Shown here piece after piece: positions 36,368 to 45,211 of a stretch of DNA of 64,000 nucleotides. A model generated the notes under the pieces. That model did not search any database. It had not been told where the DNA came from and saw only the letters and a program-made list of their open reading frames with translations. The first letter of the stretch is position 1. Every line of letters starts with the position of its first letter. This stretch comes from Chthoniobacterales bacterium (lineage in GTDB: Bacteria > Verrucomicrobiota > Verrucomicrobiia > Chthoniobacterales > Chthoniobacteraceae): NCBI GenBank assembly GCA_038207335.1, contig JBBQZX010000002.1, positions 1 to 64,000 on the forward strand, given 5' to 3'. The position numbers were made by a program, and so were the translations under genes.

Positions 36368-39204
36368 CTGATCCAGCCAACGCCCCGAGCAGCCCTGCGG
36401 AAACTGACAACGACCAAACACACGCGTCGGAAGGCACTGTAAAAACTTGCAGCGGCCAAAGGGACGTTAGGAAAGGCACCTGCAAAACTGCAGGTGGGCA
36501 AAATTGTCTCCGCCGAGCTTTGGCCGGAACCGTGAGCGCCGGCTTTCTGCTCTTCGGCCTTCGCGCCGGGACGGTAGCATCCGAACCAGACCCCGCCGAA
36601 CTCGCCTCCGAACTCGCCTCCTTCAAAGTCGCCCCCGGCTTCGAGGTGAACCTTTTCGCCTCCGAGAAGGACGGGGTGGAAAAGCCGATCCAAATCCGCT
36701 GGGACACCCGGGGGCGCTTGTGGGTCATTGGCTCGACTACCTACCCGCAGATCAAGCCCGGCGAAGTGGCCAACGACAAAGTGCTCATCCTCGAAGACAC
36801 TAACGGCGACGGCCGCGCCGACAAGACCACCGTCTTCGCAGAGGGATTGGAAATCCCCACCGGCCTAGAAATCGCGCCTGCCCGAGAAATCGGCGATGCC
36901 GCGCTGCACGAACGTTGGGCAATCGAGGCCGACGAGCATGTGATCAAAGATTTTCCCCAACGCACCGAGGTGGACGACGCCCGGGCAGACTTGGAGAAGC
37001 ATGAACTGGCCTTGAAAAATGCGCTTTTCTCCAGTTCTTGCTACGTCGGCGAGGGGACGAAGCTCCTCCTCCTCACCGACACCGACGGCGACGGGAAGGC
37101 CGACAAGCGCGAGGTCGTCCTCCGCGGCTTCGGCACGGGCGACAACCACCAGTGCATCAACTCCTTTCGCTGGTCCCCCGGCGGCGAACTCCTCTTCTCC
37201 CAGGGCCTCCACGGTCACGCCCGCGTCGAGACCCCGCACGGCATCGTGAAGCTCGACGAGGCCGGTTTCTTCCGCTACCGCCCCCGCGAGCAGCAGCTCG
37301 ATGCCTTCTACGGCGGGCAGGCCGACCCGCAGAACCCGTGGGGCTTCGTCTGGACCGACTGGGGCCAGATGCTCATGGTCGCTGGCAATAACGGCGGCAT
37401 CTACTACCCCCTCCCCGAGATGATCCGCGGCGTGCAGGGCGGGCGGCGCGAGCAGATTTGGGTGAATGCGCGCGGTCGCAAATGCAGCGGCCCCGACATC
37501 GTCGGCACGGCGCACCTCCCGCCGGAGTGGCAGGGCGTCATGCTCAGCGGCGGCTACATCAACAACACCGTCTGGGCGCTCGACATCGCGGACGAAGGCG
37601 CGGGCTTCAAGATCACCGACCGCGCCCCGCTCCTCACCAGCACCGACACCGCGTTTCGCCCCGTCGATGTGAAAATCGGTCCCGACGGCGCCATCTACCT
37701 CTGCGATTGGTACAACCCCATCATCGGCCACTACCAGGCCAGCTTCCGGCATCCCGGGCGCGACAAGACGCACGGGCGCATCTGGCGGATCACGTATAAA
37801 GGTCGCCCCCTCGTGAAGCCCCCGCGCATCGCCGGCGCGCCGCTCACCGAGCTCTTTGAAAATCTCAAAAGCCCCGAGCGCTGGGTGCGCGAGATGACCC
37901 GGCTGGAGCTCATGGGGAGGGAAAAGGACGCCGTCGTGAAGGGGCTCGACGCTTGGTGGCGCGCGCTCGATATGACATCCAGAGCAGCGCGATCCGACTC
38001 CGACACAGGTAGGGACGACTCTCCGAGTCGTCCCTCGGGCGAACGAAGTGAGGCGGCGGGGGCGGCCTCCGCCTCGCTTGGGGCTCCATCCGCCTCGCTG
38101 CGCTCGCCCGGGATCGGCTCGGAGAGCCGTCCCTACCTGGGGGCTGAGCACGCGCTCGTCGAGGCGTTCGGCGTTTTGGAAGCGCGCGAAGTCAGTGACC
38201 GCGACCTCCTGGAGCGTCTGATTGCAGCCACTGATCCCCGGGTTCGCGCTTACGCTACCGCCGAAATTCCGCGCTTCTGGTCCCGTTTCAGAATTCAGTC
38301 AGGGATCGAAGGGATTCTTATGCGAATGGCGCAAGATCCAGATGCTCGCGTCCGGCTCGCGACGGTTGTGGCCGCAGGCCATTTCGGCCATTTTGCGTCT
38401 GAGTTCCTTGTCGGAGCATTCCTCATCGTCGATGGCGTCGTAGGCAAGCCACCCGATAGCGATCGGCACACGGATCGTTTTATCGATCTCGCCCTGCACA
38501 CTGCCGCCATTGCACTCCTGCCTGCTGCCGAAGCGGACGGGGCTCGGACGCTCAGAAAAGATGACCCCTCTCTTCCAGATGATCTCGTGGATCGCCATTG
38601 GCCAGACGAGTATTATTCGAGGCTCAACGAGCTCGCCGCGCCGCCGCAAGGGTTGTTGGCACGTTCACTCATAAAGTCTCAGACCGCGATCCAAGCCACC
38701 CCTCTCCCTCCCACTGGCAAGCTGCGGGCGACGCCGGCAGTGGTGGCGGGGCTGGTGAAGGAGGTGGGGGAAAAGGGGGACGCGGCGCGTGGGGCGACGC
38801 TCTTCCGCCGGGCGTCGCTGGCCTGCACGGGGTGCCACAGCGTGGGGGATATCGGCGGGAAAGTGGGGCCGCCGCTCGATTCCATCGGCTCCGGGCAGCC
38901 GCTCGACTTCATCATCGGCGCCGTGCTCGAGCCGCAGCGCGAGATCAAGGAGAGCTACGAGGCCATGCAGGTCACCCTCAAGAGCGGCGGCGCGGGCGGC
39001 GCGGGCTACATCGTCCAGCGAAATGCCGACGTCCTCGTCCTGCGCGACCCGGCGACCGGGGCCGAGACGCGCTTCGCCACCTCGGAGATCGCCGACGTGA
39101 AGCCCCTCGGCAGCTTCATGCCCGCCGGGCTGGTCGATCCCCTGCCCCGCGCGGACTTGCTCGATCTCTTCCGATACCTGAGCGAGCTGGGGAAGCCGAA
39201 GTAA
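36364..39204 (+). CDS. PVC-type membrane-bound dehydrogenase / heme-binding CxxCH protein
   Basis: FKVAPGFEVNLFASE, LEDTNGDGRAD, FRPVDVKIGPDGAIY, HEAT region, CTGCH, VGPPL, SFMPAGL. The true start may be downstream of 36364. Confidence 0.9.
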   Translation: MTDPANAPSSPAETDNDQTHASEGTVKTCSGQRDVRKGTCKTAGGQNCLRRALAGTVSAGFLLFGLRAGTVASEPDPAELASELASFKVAPGFEVNLFASEKDGVEKPIQIRWDTRGRLWVIGSTTYPQIKPGEVANDKVLILEDTNGDGRADKTTVFAEGLEIPTGLEIAPAREIGDAALHERWAIEADEHVIKDFPQRTEVDDARADLEKHELALKNALFSSSCYVGEGTKLLLLTDTDGDGKADKREVVLRGFGTGDNHQCINSFRWSPGGELLFSQGLHGHARVETPHGIVKLDEAGFFRYRPREQQLDAFYGGQADPQNPWGFVWTDWGQMLMVAGNNGGIYYPLPEMIRGVQGGRREQIWVNARGRKCSGPDIVGTAHLPPEWQGVMLSGGYINNTVWALDIADEGAGFKITDRAPLLTSTDTAFRPVDVKIGPDGAIYLCDWYNPIIGHYQASFRHPGRDKTHGRIWRITYKGRPLVKPPRIAGAPLTELFENLKSPERWVREMTRLELMGREKDAVVKGLDAWWRALDMTSRAARSDSDTGRDDSPSRPSGERSEAAGAASASLGAPSASLRSPGIGSESRPYLGAEHALVEAFGVLEAREVSDRDLLERLIAATDPRVRAYATAEIPRFWSRFRIQSGIEGILMRMAQDPDARVRLATVVAAGHFGHFASEFLVGAFLIVDGVVGKPPDSDRHTDRFIDLALHTAAIALLPAAEADGARTLRKDDPSLPDDLVDRHWPDEYYSRLNELAAPPQGLLARSLIKSQTAIQATPLPPTGKLRATPAVVAGLVKEVGEKGDAARGATLFRRASLACTGCHSVGDIGGKVGPPLDSIGSGQPLDFIIGAVLEPQREIKESYEAMQVTLKSGGAGGAGYIVQRNADVLVLRDPATGAETRFATSEIADVKPLGSFMPAGLVDPLPRADLLDLFRYLSELGKPK
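38006..38139. repeat. REP/REPIN-like palindromic element inserted in frame within the PVC gene
   Basis: 25-bp terminal inverted repeats CAGGTAGGGACGACTCTCCGAGTCG / CGGCTCGGAGAGCCGTCCCTACCTG (2 mismatches) with the GTAG...CTAC signature. Confidence 0.85.
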
Positions 39205-39283
39205 GGGGGCTAGCAGGGACGGAAGCGACAGCGCGCTTCCCTCAAGCGTGCCCTGGAGGGCACCGCGCGGCCGGTGTTCCAGC

Positions 39284-39462
39284 GTTGCGGGGCGGCCATT
39301 TTGGCCGTCTGGGTCCAGGCGGCGAAGATCGCTGCCCTACAACTGCTCACATAGTCTCTCAGGGGTGGGGGTCAGGGTGTTCAGGGGTGGGGGTCGGGAG
39401 CGTCAGGGCCGGGCCCTGCCAGTGTTAGGGCCGGGCCCTTACGGTCGGGAGGGTCCGGCCCT
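39284..39462. repeat. Intergenic cluster of degenerate GTAG-type REP-like palindromes
   Basis: 39284-39343 imperfect inverted pair ending GCCCTACAAC; 39427-39462 hairpin AGGGCCGGGCCCT...AGGGTCCGGCCCT. Confidence 0.55.
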
Positions 39463-39509
39463 GTGATCGGGAGGGATGAACCCTGCGGGAAGGGGGAGGG
39501 TGCGCTTTT

Positions 39510-40463
39510 CTACTCGGTGCCGGTGGAGACTAGGCGGCGGATGAGGTCTTCCCAGGTGACGATGCCAAGGGGGCGGGCGCCTTCGCCGATGACGGCGGCG
39601 AGGGTGCCGCGGGCGGCGCGGAGTTTGCGGAGGACGGTGTAGGCGGGTTCGCCAGGGGCGATTTTGACGATGCGCCGCTGGAAGGGGTGGATGGGGCCGC
39701 GGCGGCGTCCGTCGAGGGCGATGTCGAAGGTGTCGATGACGCCGATGATTTCGCCAAGCTCGGAGGTGACGGGCCAGCGTGAGATTTTCTCGGATGCGGC
39801 GCGGGTGAGGAGGAGGGGGATGGCGGTGTCGGCGGGGATGGTGCGGACGGCGGCGATGGGGAGCATGATGTCGCGGGCGGTGATGGCGCGGAAGTCGACG
39901 ACGTTGTGGATCATGTGGCGCTCGGCGGGGGTGAGGGTGCCGGTGCGCTCGCTTTCGATGGTGAGGTATTTGAATTCTTCGCGGGCAGCGAAGAGCTTTT
40001 GGGCGTGGCCGTCGGTGCGGTGGGGGAGGCGGCGGGAGACGGCTACGCCGATCCAGCGGAGGGGCGAAAGGAGGAGGTCGGCGAGGCGCAGGGGGCCGGC
40101 AAGGGCGGCGAGGGCGCGGTAGGGGAAGCGGCGGAAGAGGGACTTCGGGAGGAGCTCGAGGCCGAAGAGGTAGATGGGAAGGAGGATGATGAGGGCGGCG
40201 AGGTAGCCGCGGGGGCCGAGGTGGCGGAGGCCCTCTTCGGTGGTGAGGGTGATGGCGAAGATGTTGGCGAGATTGGTGACGAAGAGGACGGTGACGAGGA
40301 GGCGCTCGGGGTGGGCGATGAGGCGCTGGAGGCGGATGGCAGCAGGGTCGCGCATTTTGACGCGATGGCGGAGGCGGATGCGGTTGATGCTGAGGATGCC
40401 GGCCTCGATGCCGGAGAAGATGAAGGAGACGAGGAGGCAGAGGACGACGGCGAGCCAGATCAT
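39510..40463 (-). CDS. CNNM (DUF21) + CBS domain protein
   Basis: FSGIEAG, ELLPKSLF, tandem CBS, GIVTWEDL. Confidence 0.9.
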   Translation of the reverse strand: MIWLAVVLCLLVSFIFSGIEAGILSINRIRLRHRVKMRDPAAIRLQRLIAHPERLLVTVLFVTNLANIFAITLTTEEGLRHLGPRGYLAALIILLPIYLFGLELLPKSLFRRFPYRALAALAGPLRLADLLLSPLRWIGVAVSRRLPHRTDGHAQKLFAAREEFKYLTIESERTGTLTPAERHMIHNVVDFRAITARDIMLPIAAVRTIPADTAIPLLLTRAASEKISRWPVTSELGEIIGVIDTFDIALDGRRRGPIHPFQRRIVKIAPGEPAYTVLRKLRAARGTLAAVIGEGARPLGIVTWEDLIRRLVSTGTE

Positions 40464-41722
40464 GGGGCGGGGTCCTCGTCGTCGCCGGTGTCGGGGGTGT
40501 CCTGCTGGATGAGGATTTCCTCGATGCGCTTGCGGGAGGTGCGGCGGATGGTGAGGGTGAGGCCGGGGAGGCGGAGCTGGGCGCCGGGCTTGGGGAGCTG
40601 GCCGAGGCGGTTCCAGACGAGGCCGCCGATGGTGTCGATGCCGTCCTGCTCGAGTTCGGTGCGGAGGGATTCGTTGATGTCGTCGATGCGTGCGCTGCCG
40701 TTGACGAGAAGTTTTCCGCCGCCAAGGGGCTCGATGTAGAGGGCGTGGTCGGCCTGGGGGACGGCGTCGCTGATGATTTCCTCGATGAGGTCGGCGAGGG
40801 TGACGATGCCTTCCATGCCGCCGTGTTCATCGACGACGACGGCGAGGCCCTGGGGATGGGCGAGGAAGCGGCGGAGGAGATCTATGGCCTTCATGGTCTC
40901 GGGGACGAAGGAAGGCGGGGCGAGGCGCTCGGTGTAGGGTGCGACGTCGGGGGCGAGGAGGAAGTCGGGGACGTCGAGGACGCCGAGGACGTCGTCGGGG
41001 GTGTCGCCATAGACGGGGACGCGGCGGTAGCGGCGGGCGCGGAGGATGGGGAGGAGTTCGGCGGGGGTGAGGTCGTCGGGGATGGAAAAGGCATCGACGC
41101 GCGGGGTCATGCAGTCTTTGGCGGTTTTGTCGCCGAGCTTGATGATTTCCTGGATCATCTCGGACTCGGTCTCGTGGAGGGCACCTTCCTCGGCGCTCAG
41201 TTGGACGAGCGTTTCGAGTTCGTCCTCGCTGAGGAACTGCGTGGGTTGGAATGAGCGCGGCGTGAGGGCATCGGCGGCGCGCTCGCTCCAGCGCTGGAGG
41301 ACGCGCGCGAGGGGGTCGATGACGGGCATGATTCCACTCATGACGCGGACGCCGACGCGTGCGACGCGTTCGGGCTGGGCGCGAGCGAGGAGCTTTGGCA
41401 CGAGGTCGCAGATGAAGACGATGAGGGTGAAGATGAGGAGGGCCTCGAGCCAGAAGGGGACGAGTGTGGTGAAGCGCCGGATGAGGTGGAGGGCGAGGAC
41501 GATGAGGGGAAGATTGACGAGGGCGTCGGTGATGAGGATGGCGCTGAGGAGGCGGCGCGGGTTTTCCATGAGCCGCGAGAGGGCGGTGGCGAAGTCGGCC
41601 TTTCGGGCCTTGAGCCGCTCGATGTGGAAGGGCTGGAGGGAGAAGAGGGCGGTCTCGATGGCCGAGAAGAGCGCGGAGGCAGCGACGAGCAGAAGCAGGA
41701 CGAACGCGACGACGAGAAACAT
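40460..41722 (-). CDS. Hemolysin/CorC-family CNNM-CBS-CorC_HlyC protein
   Basis: FSAIETALFSL, MTPR, RVPVY, VVDEHGG..GIVTL.DLIEEI, DTIGG. Confidence 0.92.
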   Translation of the reverse strand: MFLVVAFVLLLLVAASALFSAIETALFSLQPFHIERLKARKADFATALSRLMENPRRLLSAILITDALVNLPLIVLALHLIRRFTTLVPFWLEALLIFTLIVFICDLVPKLLARAQPERVARVGVRVMSGIMPVIDPLARVLQRWSERAADALTPRSFQPTQFLSEDELETLVQLSAEEGALHETESEMIQEIIKLGDKTAKDCMTPRVDAFSIPDDLTPAELLPILRARRYRRVPVYGDTPDDVLGVLDVPDFLLAPDVAPYTERLAPPSFVPETMKAIDLLRRFLAHPQGLAVVVDEHGGMEGIVTLADLIEEIISDAVPQADHALYIEPLGGGKLLVNGSARIDDINESLRTELEQDGIDTIGGLVWNRLGQLPKPGAQLRLPGLTLTIRRTSRKRIEEILIQQDTPDTGDDEDPAP

Positions 41723-41782
41723 TTCCGAGGGGAGAGTGGCGCGAGCCGAGGGGCTTTCCAAGCCCAAGCTACGACGCGTGGC

Positions 41783-42625
41783 TCAGCGAGGGAGGCAGAG
41801 GATGTTGGTGTAGTCTTCGCCGGGAGCGAGGCCGGTGAAGGGACGGAGGCCGCGGGAGTCGATGCGGTGGATGGCGTAGCCGAGGTCGCGAATGACGGCG
41901 AGGAGTTGGTCGCCGGTGGCGCCGAAGCGGGCGAGCGCGGGAGGGTTCAGCTCGATGAGCATGGCGGGGTGGAAGCGGGTGAGGGTGTCGCGGGCACCGG
42001 CGAGGACTTTCAGCTCGGCGCCCTCGACGTCCATTTTCAAGGCATCGAGGCGGTCGAGCTTTTGTGATTTGGCGAAGGCGTCGAGGGTGACGATTTCGAC
42101 TTGCTCGGTGGCGTCGTTGGCGGCTGCATTGGCGATGTGGCCGCGGCCGCGGTTGGTGGCGTCGGGGAGGGCAAAGGTGACGCGGCCCGCGGAGTCCGAG
42201 AGGGCGATGCGGGAGGCGTGGATTTGGTCGAAGTGGTTGAGCGATTTGTTCGTTTCGAGAAGCGCGAAATTTTCACCCACCGGCTCGAAGGCGAAGACGC
42301 GCGCTCCACGTTCCGCGGCGAGCATGGAGTAGTATCCGAAATACGCGCCAACATCGAAGAAGACACCGCCGCGCGGGACGCGGTCGAGGAGCGCGCGCTG
42401 GTCGTGGATGTCGAAGACGCCGTGGTAATAGAGCTTTCGCTGCAAGGAACAGCGGGTTTCCAAGCGCCACTTCAGCCCAGCGCGCTCGACCTCGAAGACG
42501 CGGCCCTGCTCGGCTTTTTCGATGCCGGAAATCTGGAGCGCGCGCTCGATGATGCGCCATTTGCCGCGGTGGTAGGGCACGCGGGTGGCGTAGAATTCGA
42601 AGAGGCGTTTTGCGAAAGGGATCAT
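41783..42625 (-). CDS. FkbM-family methyltransferase
   Basis: FFDVGAYFG, FAFEP, TLD, LKMDVEGAELKVL.G. Confidence 0.92.
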   Translation of the reverse strand: MIPFAKRLFEFYATRVPYHRGKWRIIERALQISGIEKAEQGRVFEVERAGLKWRLETRCSLQRKLYYHGVFDIHDQRALLDRVPRGGVFFDVGAYFGYYSMLAAERGARVFAFEPVGENFALLETNKSLNHFDQIHASRIALSDSAGRVTFALPDATNRGRGHIANAAANDATEQVEIVTLDAFAKSQKLDRLDALKMDVEGAELKVLAGARDTLTRFHPAMLIELNPPALARFGATGDQLLAVIRDLGYAIHRIDSRGLRPFTGLAPGEDYTNILCLPR

Positions 42626-43758
42626 TTGGAAAGCACGCTGCGATACCACCGCTCGATGTCGGCGGCCATGCGTTCGGAGGTATAGTGCTTTTCGACGCTC
42701 TCGCGGCCCCTCGCACCGAGGCGCTGGCGGAGCGGCGCGTCTTGGAGGAGCCGGAGAATGGCTCTGGCAAAGGATTCCGGATCGCTAGGCGGGACGAGGA
42801 GGCCGTTGATTTCGGGCTCGATGAGTTCATTTATCGCGCTCGTCGCGCAGCCGACAACTGGGATGCTGCGCGCCATCGCTTCGACGAATGTGAGGCCGAA
42901 GGATTCGTAGATGGACGCGGAGGCATAGACCGTCGCGGAGGCGTAGAGCGCGGCGAGTTCTTCGCCCGCGAGGAAGCGGTGGAAGACGACGCGCTCGCGC
43001 GGAATGTGCCGATGCTCGACGCGGAATTGGCGCGCGAGCGGGTGATCATCATCGGCTCCGACAATGACGAAAGTAGTATCCGGCGCGGCGGCGTGGATGA
43101 TCGGAATCGCGGCGAGCAGGGTCGTGCCGCCTTTGCGCGCATTGAGCCGGCCGAGCGTGAGGACGAGCGGCTGCGCGGGTTCGGCGGTACGCGCTTCGGG
43201 CAGATCGATGCCGTGCGGGATGATCTCGATGCCGTCGAGCGCGTAGCTCTTCGCGAGGCGATCGCGGTGCGCGCGGCTGTGCGTGACGACTCCCCTCGCC
43301 TTCCGCGACGACATGCGCTCGGCCCACATCATGAATCGCTCGCCCCACTGCGGCGCGCGATTTTGCACCTCGACGGACTCGGCCATCGTGGTGTGCAGGC
43401 GCACGACGACGGGGACGAAATTCAGCAGCGTCGCGACGAGTGGAATGCCCTCCCAATTTGGGAACTCGACGAGGTCGAAACGGTGCGCGCGGTGCAGCTC
43501 CCGCAACGCTTTCGCGAGGCACCAGCTCTCGCCGAGGGACGGGAATATTTTTCCCAAAAGAGGCAGCCAGCGCACGGGACGCGAGTGGACGTGGACGACA
43601 CCATCCATCGTATCGCGGGGCTCGCCGGGGCGGTCGATGAGGATGTGGCATTCGTGTCCGACCCGCGCCAGCGCTTGCGCGGCGGTCTGCGTGTAAATCG
43701 CCATGCCGCCGAATGGGCGATCGATCGGATACGAGTCGGAGACAAAGCAGAGCGTCAC
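42622..43758 (-). CDS. GT4 glycosyltransferase
   Basis: GG...YT, GRL..RKG, YESFGLTFVEAMA, NGLLVPP.D. Confidence 0.93.
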   Translation of the reverse strand: MTLCFVSDSYPIDRPFGGMAIYTQTAAQALARVGHECHILIDRPGEPRDTMDGVVHVHSRPVRWLPLLGKIFPSLGESWCLAKALRELHRAHRFDLVEFPNWEGIPLVATLLNFVPVVVRLHTTMAESVEVQNRAPQWGERFMMWAERMSSRKARGVVTHSRAHRDRLAKSYALDGIEIIPHGIDLPEARTAEPAQPLVLTLGRLNARKGGTTLLAAIPIIHAAAPDTTFVIVGADDDHPLARQFRVEHRHIPRERVVFHRFLAGEELAALYASATVYASASIYESFGLTFVEAMARSIPVVGCATSAINELIEPEINGLLVPPSDPESFARAILRLLQDAPLRQRLGARGRESVEKHYTSERMAADIERWYRSVLSK

Positions 43759-43783
43759 TTTTCGAGAAAATCGGAGCGAAGCT

Positions 43784-45211
43784 CTACCGAGAGCAAAGCA
43801 GCAGGGCGCGCGGCGACGGGAAGGAGGCGAAGAGTTCGATCGAAGGGAAATGCACGGCCATCGCGGCGCGGAAATTTTCGAGCGAATACCAGCCGAAGCG
43901 GGCGCGGAATTCAGCGTCGCGCGTCTTTAGAAAGTCGCTGAGCGCGCGGTCTTCGGCGGGGACGAATTCGACGACGACATGCCGCGAGCTGAGCGACGAG
44001 AGGATGCTCGCGACGTCTGCGAACGAGATGCGGTGCTGCTTGAAGACGAGGTGATGCACAAGCGCGAGGCAGAGGACGCACTCGCTGCGGAGGCGCTCGA
44101 CGACAGTCGGGAATGGGCGGTCGCGGAGGCCGACGGCTTCGGCGGGCGTAACGGCATTCACGTAGAGCGGGAGCGCGCCGGTGCCGAGTGCGGAGGAGTC
44201 GCGGAACATGGCGTCCAGCGCGCTCTCATCAGTGTCGAGGCCGATGACGCGCGCGCCTTTCAACGCGGCGAGCTGGCTGCACGGTCCGCGATTGCACGCG
44301 ATGTCGAGGACGCTCGCGGGGCGGAGGCGGTCGAGGAGCTGGTCGATGACTTTGTGCTTCGGCGACTTCTCGCGCAGGGCGTCGAGGCTGGCGCGCGTGC
44401 CGTCGTAGTAGCCGACATCGGCGCGGCCGTCGTAGTAGCCGCTCCACATTTCGCCGCCGGGCGCAACATCCATCGCGCGCACCTCGCGAAGCAGCGCGCG
44501 GACTTGATCGAGCGATCCGGCGGCGACGCCGCGCGTGCTGAGCCGCTTGGAAATTTTGCGCGCGAAGTGGCCGATGAATTCGCCGCCCTTTCTCAGCTCT
44601 CGCATTCCGGCGGGCAGTCGCTCGAAGCGCTTGCCGTTGACGACGATCGCATTCGCAAGCGCCGGATCGGGGCCGCCGCGCACCTCGCGGAGGAGCTGAC
44701 GCGCGACGGTCGGGTAGCCTTTTTCCATGAGCCGCAGCGCGCTGATGCAGGTGCGGTAAAACTCGAGCGCTTCGTGCCAACGGCCATCGGCGGGCAGCCG
44801 GACGATCGAGGTGAAATCGACGAAGCACGGCTGAGTGCCGTTGAAGACGATGTTCCAAGGATGCCCATCGACGGTGCAAAAGCCGTGCTCCATGAGACGC
44901 ACGTTCAACTCGAGGATCGCGGCGGCGGCGGCGCGGAACATGGACGCGGGCCACTCGAACGGGAGCGTGAGCGGGTCGATGCGGGCGTGCTCGAGGACGA
45001 GTGGAAAGCCGTCGAGCTTTTCATCTGAAACGCGCGTCTGGACGAGCAGGCCGTCGGCCATGAGCTGCTGGATGCACGGTTCGCGGAGAAGAGACGCCAC
45101 AAAGGATTCGTGGCCCGCGCGGATGCCGCGGAGCACCGCGCCGGGACGCATGAAGATCTGCGCGCGCGGGTCGAGGCCGAGGCCGAGAGTTTGAGGTGGG
45201 CCGGGATTCAT
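43784..45211 (-). CDS. NoeA-like SAM-dependent methyltransferase with kinase-like N-terminal domain
   Basis: P.EW, DGHPWNIVF...P.FVDFTS, WSGYY, VLDIACNRG, CLALVHHL, VEFVP.ED. ATG 45211 overlaps the flippase stop. Confidence 0.75.
   Translation of the reverse strand: MNPGPPQTLGLGLDPRAQIFMRPGAVLRGIRAGHESFVASLLREPCIQQLMADGLLVQTRVSDEKLDGFPLVLEHARIDPLTLPFEWPASMFRAAAAAILELNVRLMEHGFCTVDGHPWNIVFNGTQPCFVDFTSIVRLPADGRWHEALEFYRTCISALRLMEKGYPTVARQLLREVRGGPDPALANAIVVNGKRFERLPAGMRELRKGGEFIGHFARKISKRLSTRGVAAGSLDQVRALLREVRAMDVAPGGEMWSGYYDGRADVGYYDGTRASLDALREKSPKHKVIDQLLDRLRPASVLDIACNRGPCSQLAALKGARVIGLDTDESALDAMFRDSSALGTGALPLYVNAVTPAEAVGLRDRPFPTVVERLRSECVLCLALVHHLVFKQHRISFADVASILSSLSSRHVVVEFVPAEDRALSDFLKTRDAEFRARFGWYSLENFRAAMAVHFPSIELFASFPSPRALLLCSR

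Noticed and set aside
39439..41800. Extreme G skew and Pro/Arg/Ser-rich ORFs
   Set aside because: Explained by strong C-ending codon bias in the two minus-strand CNNM genes.
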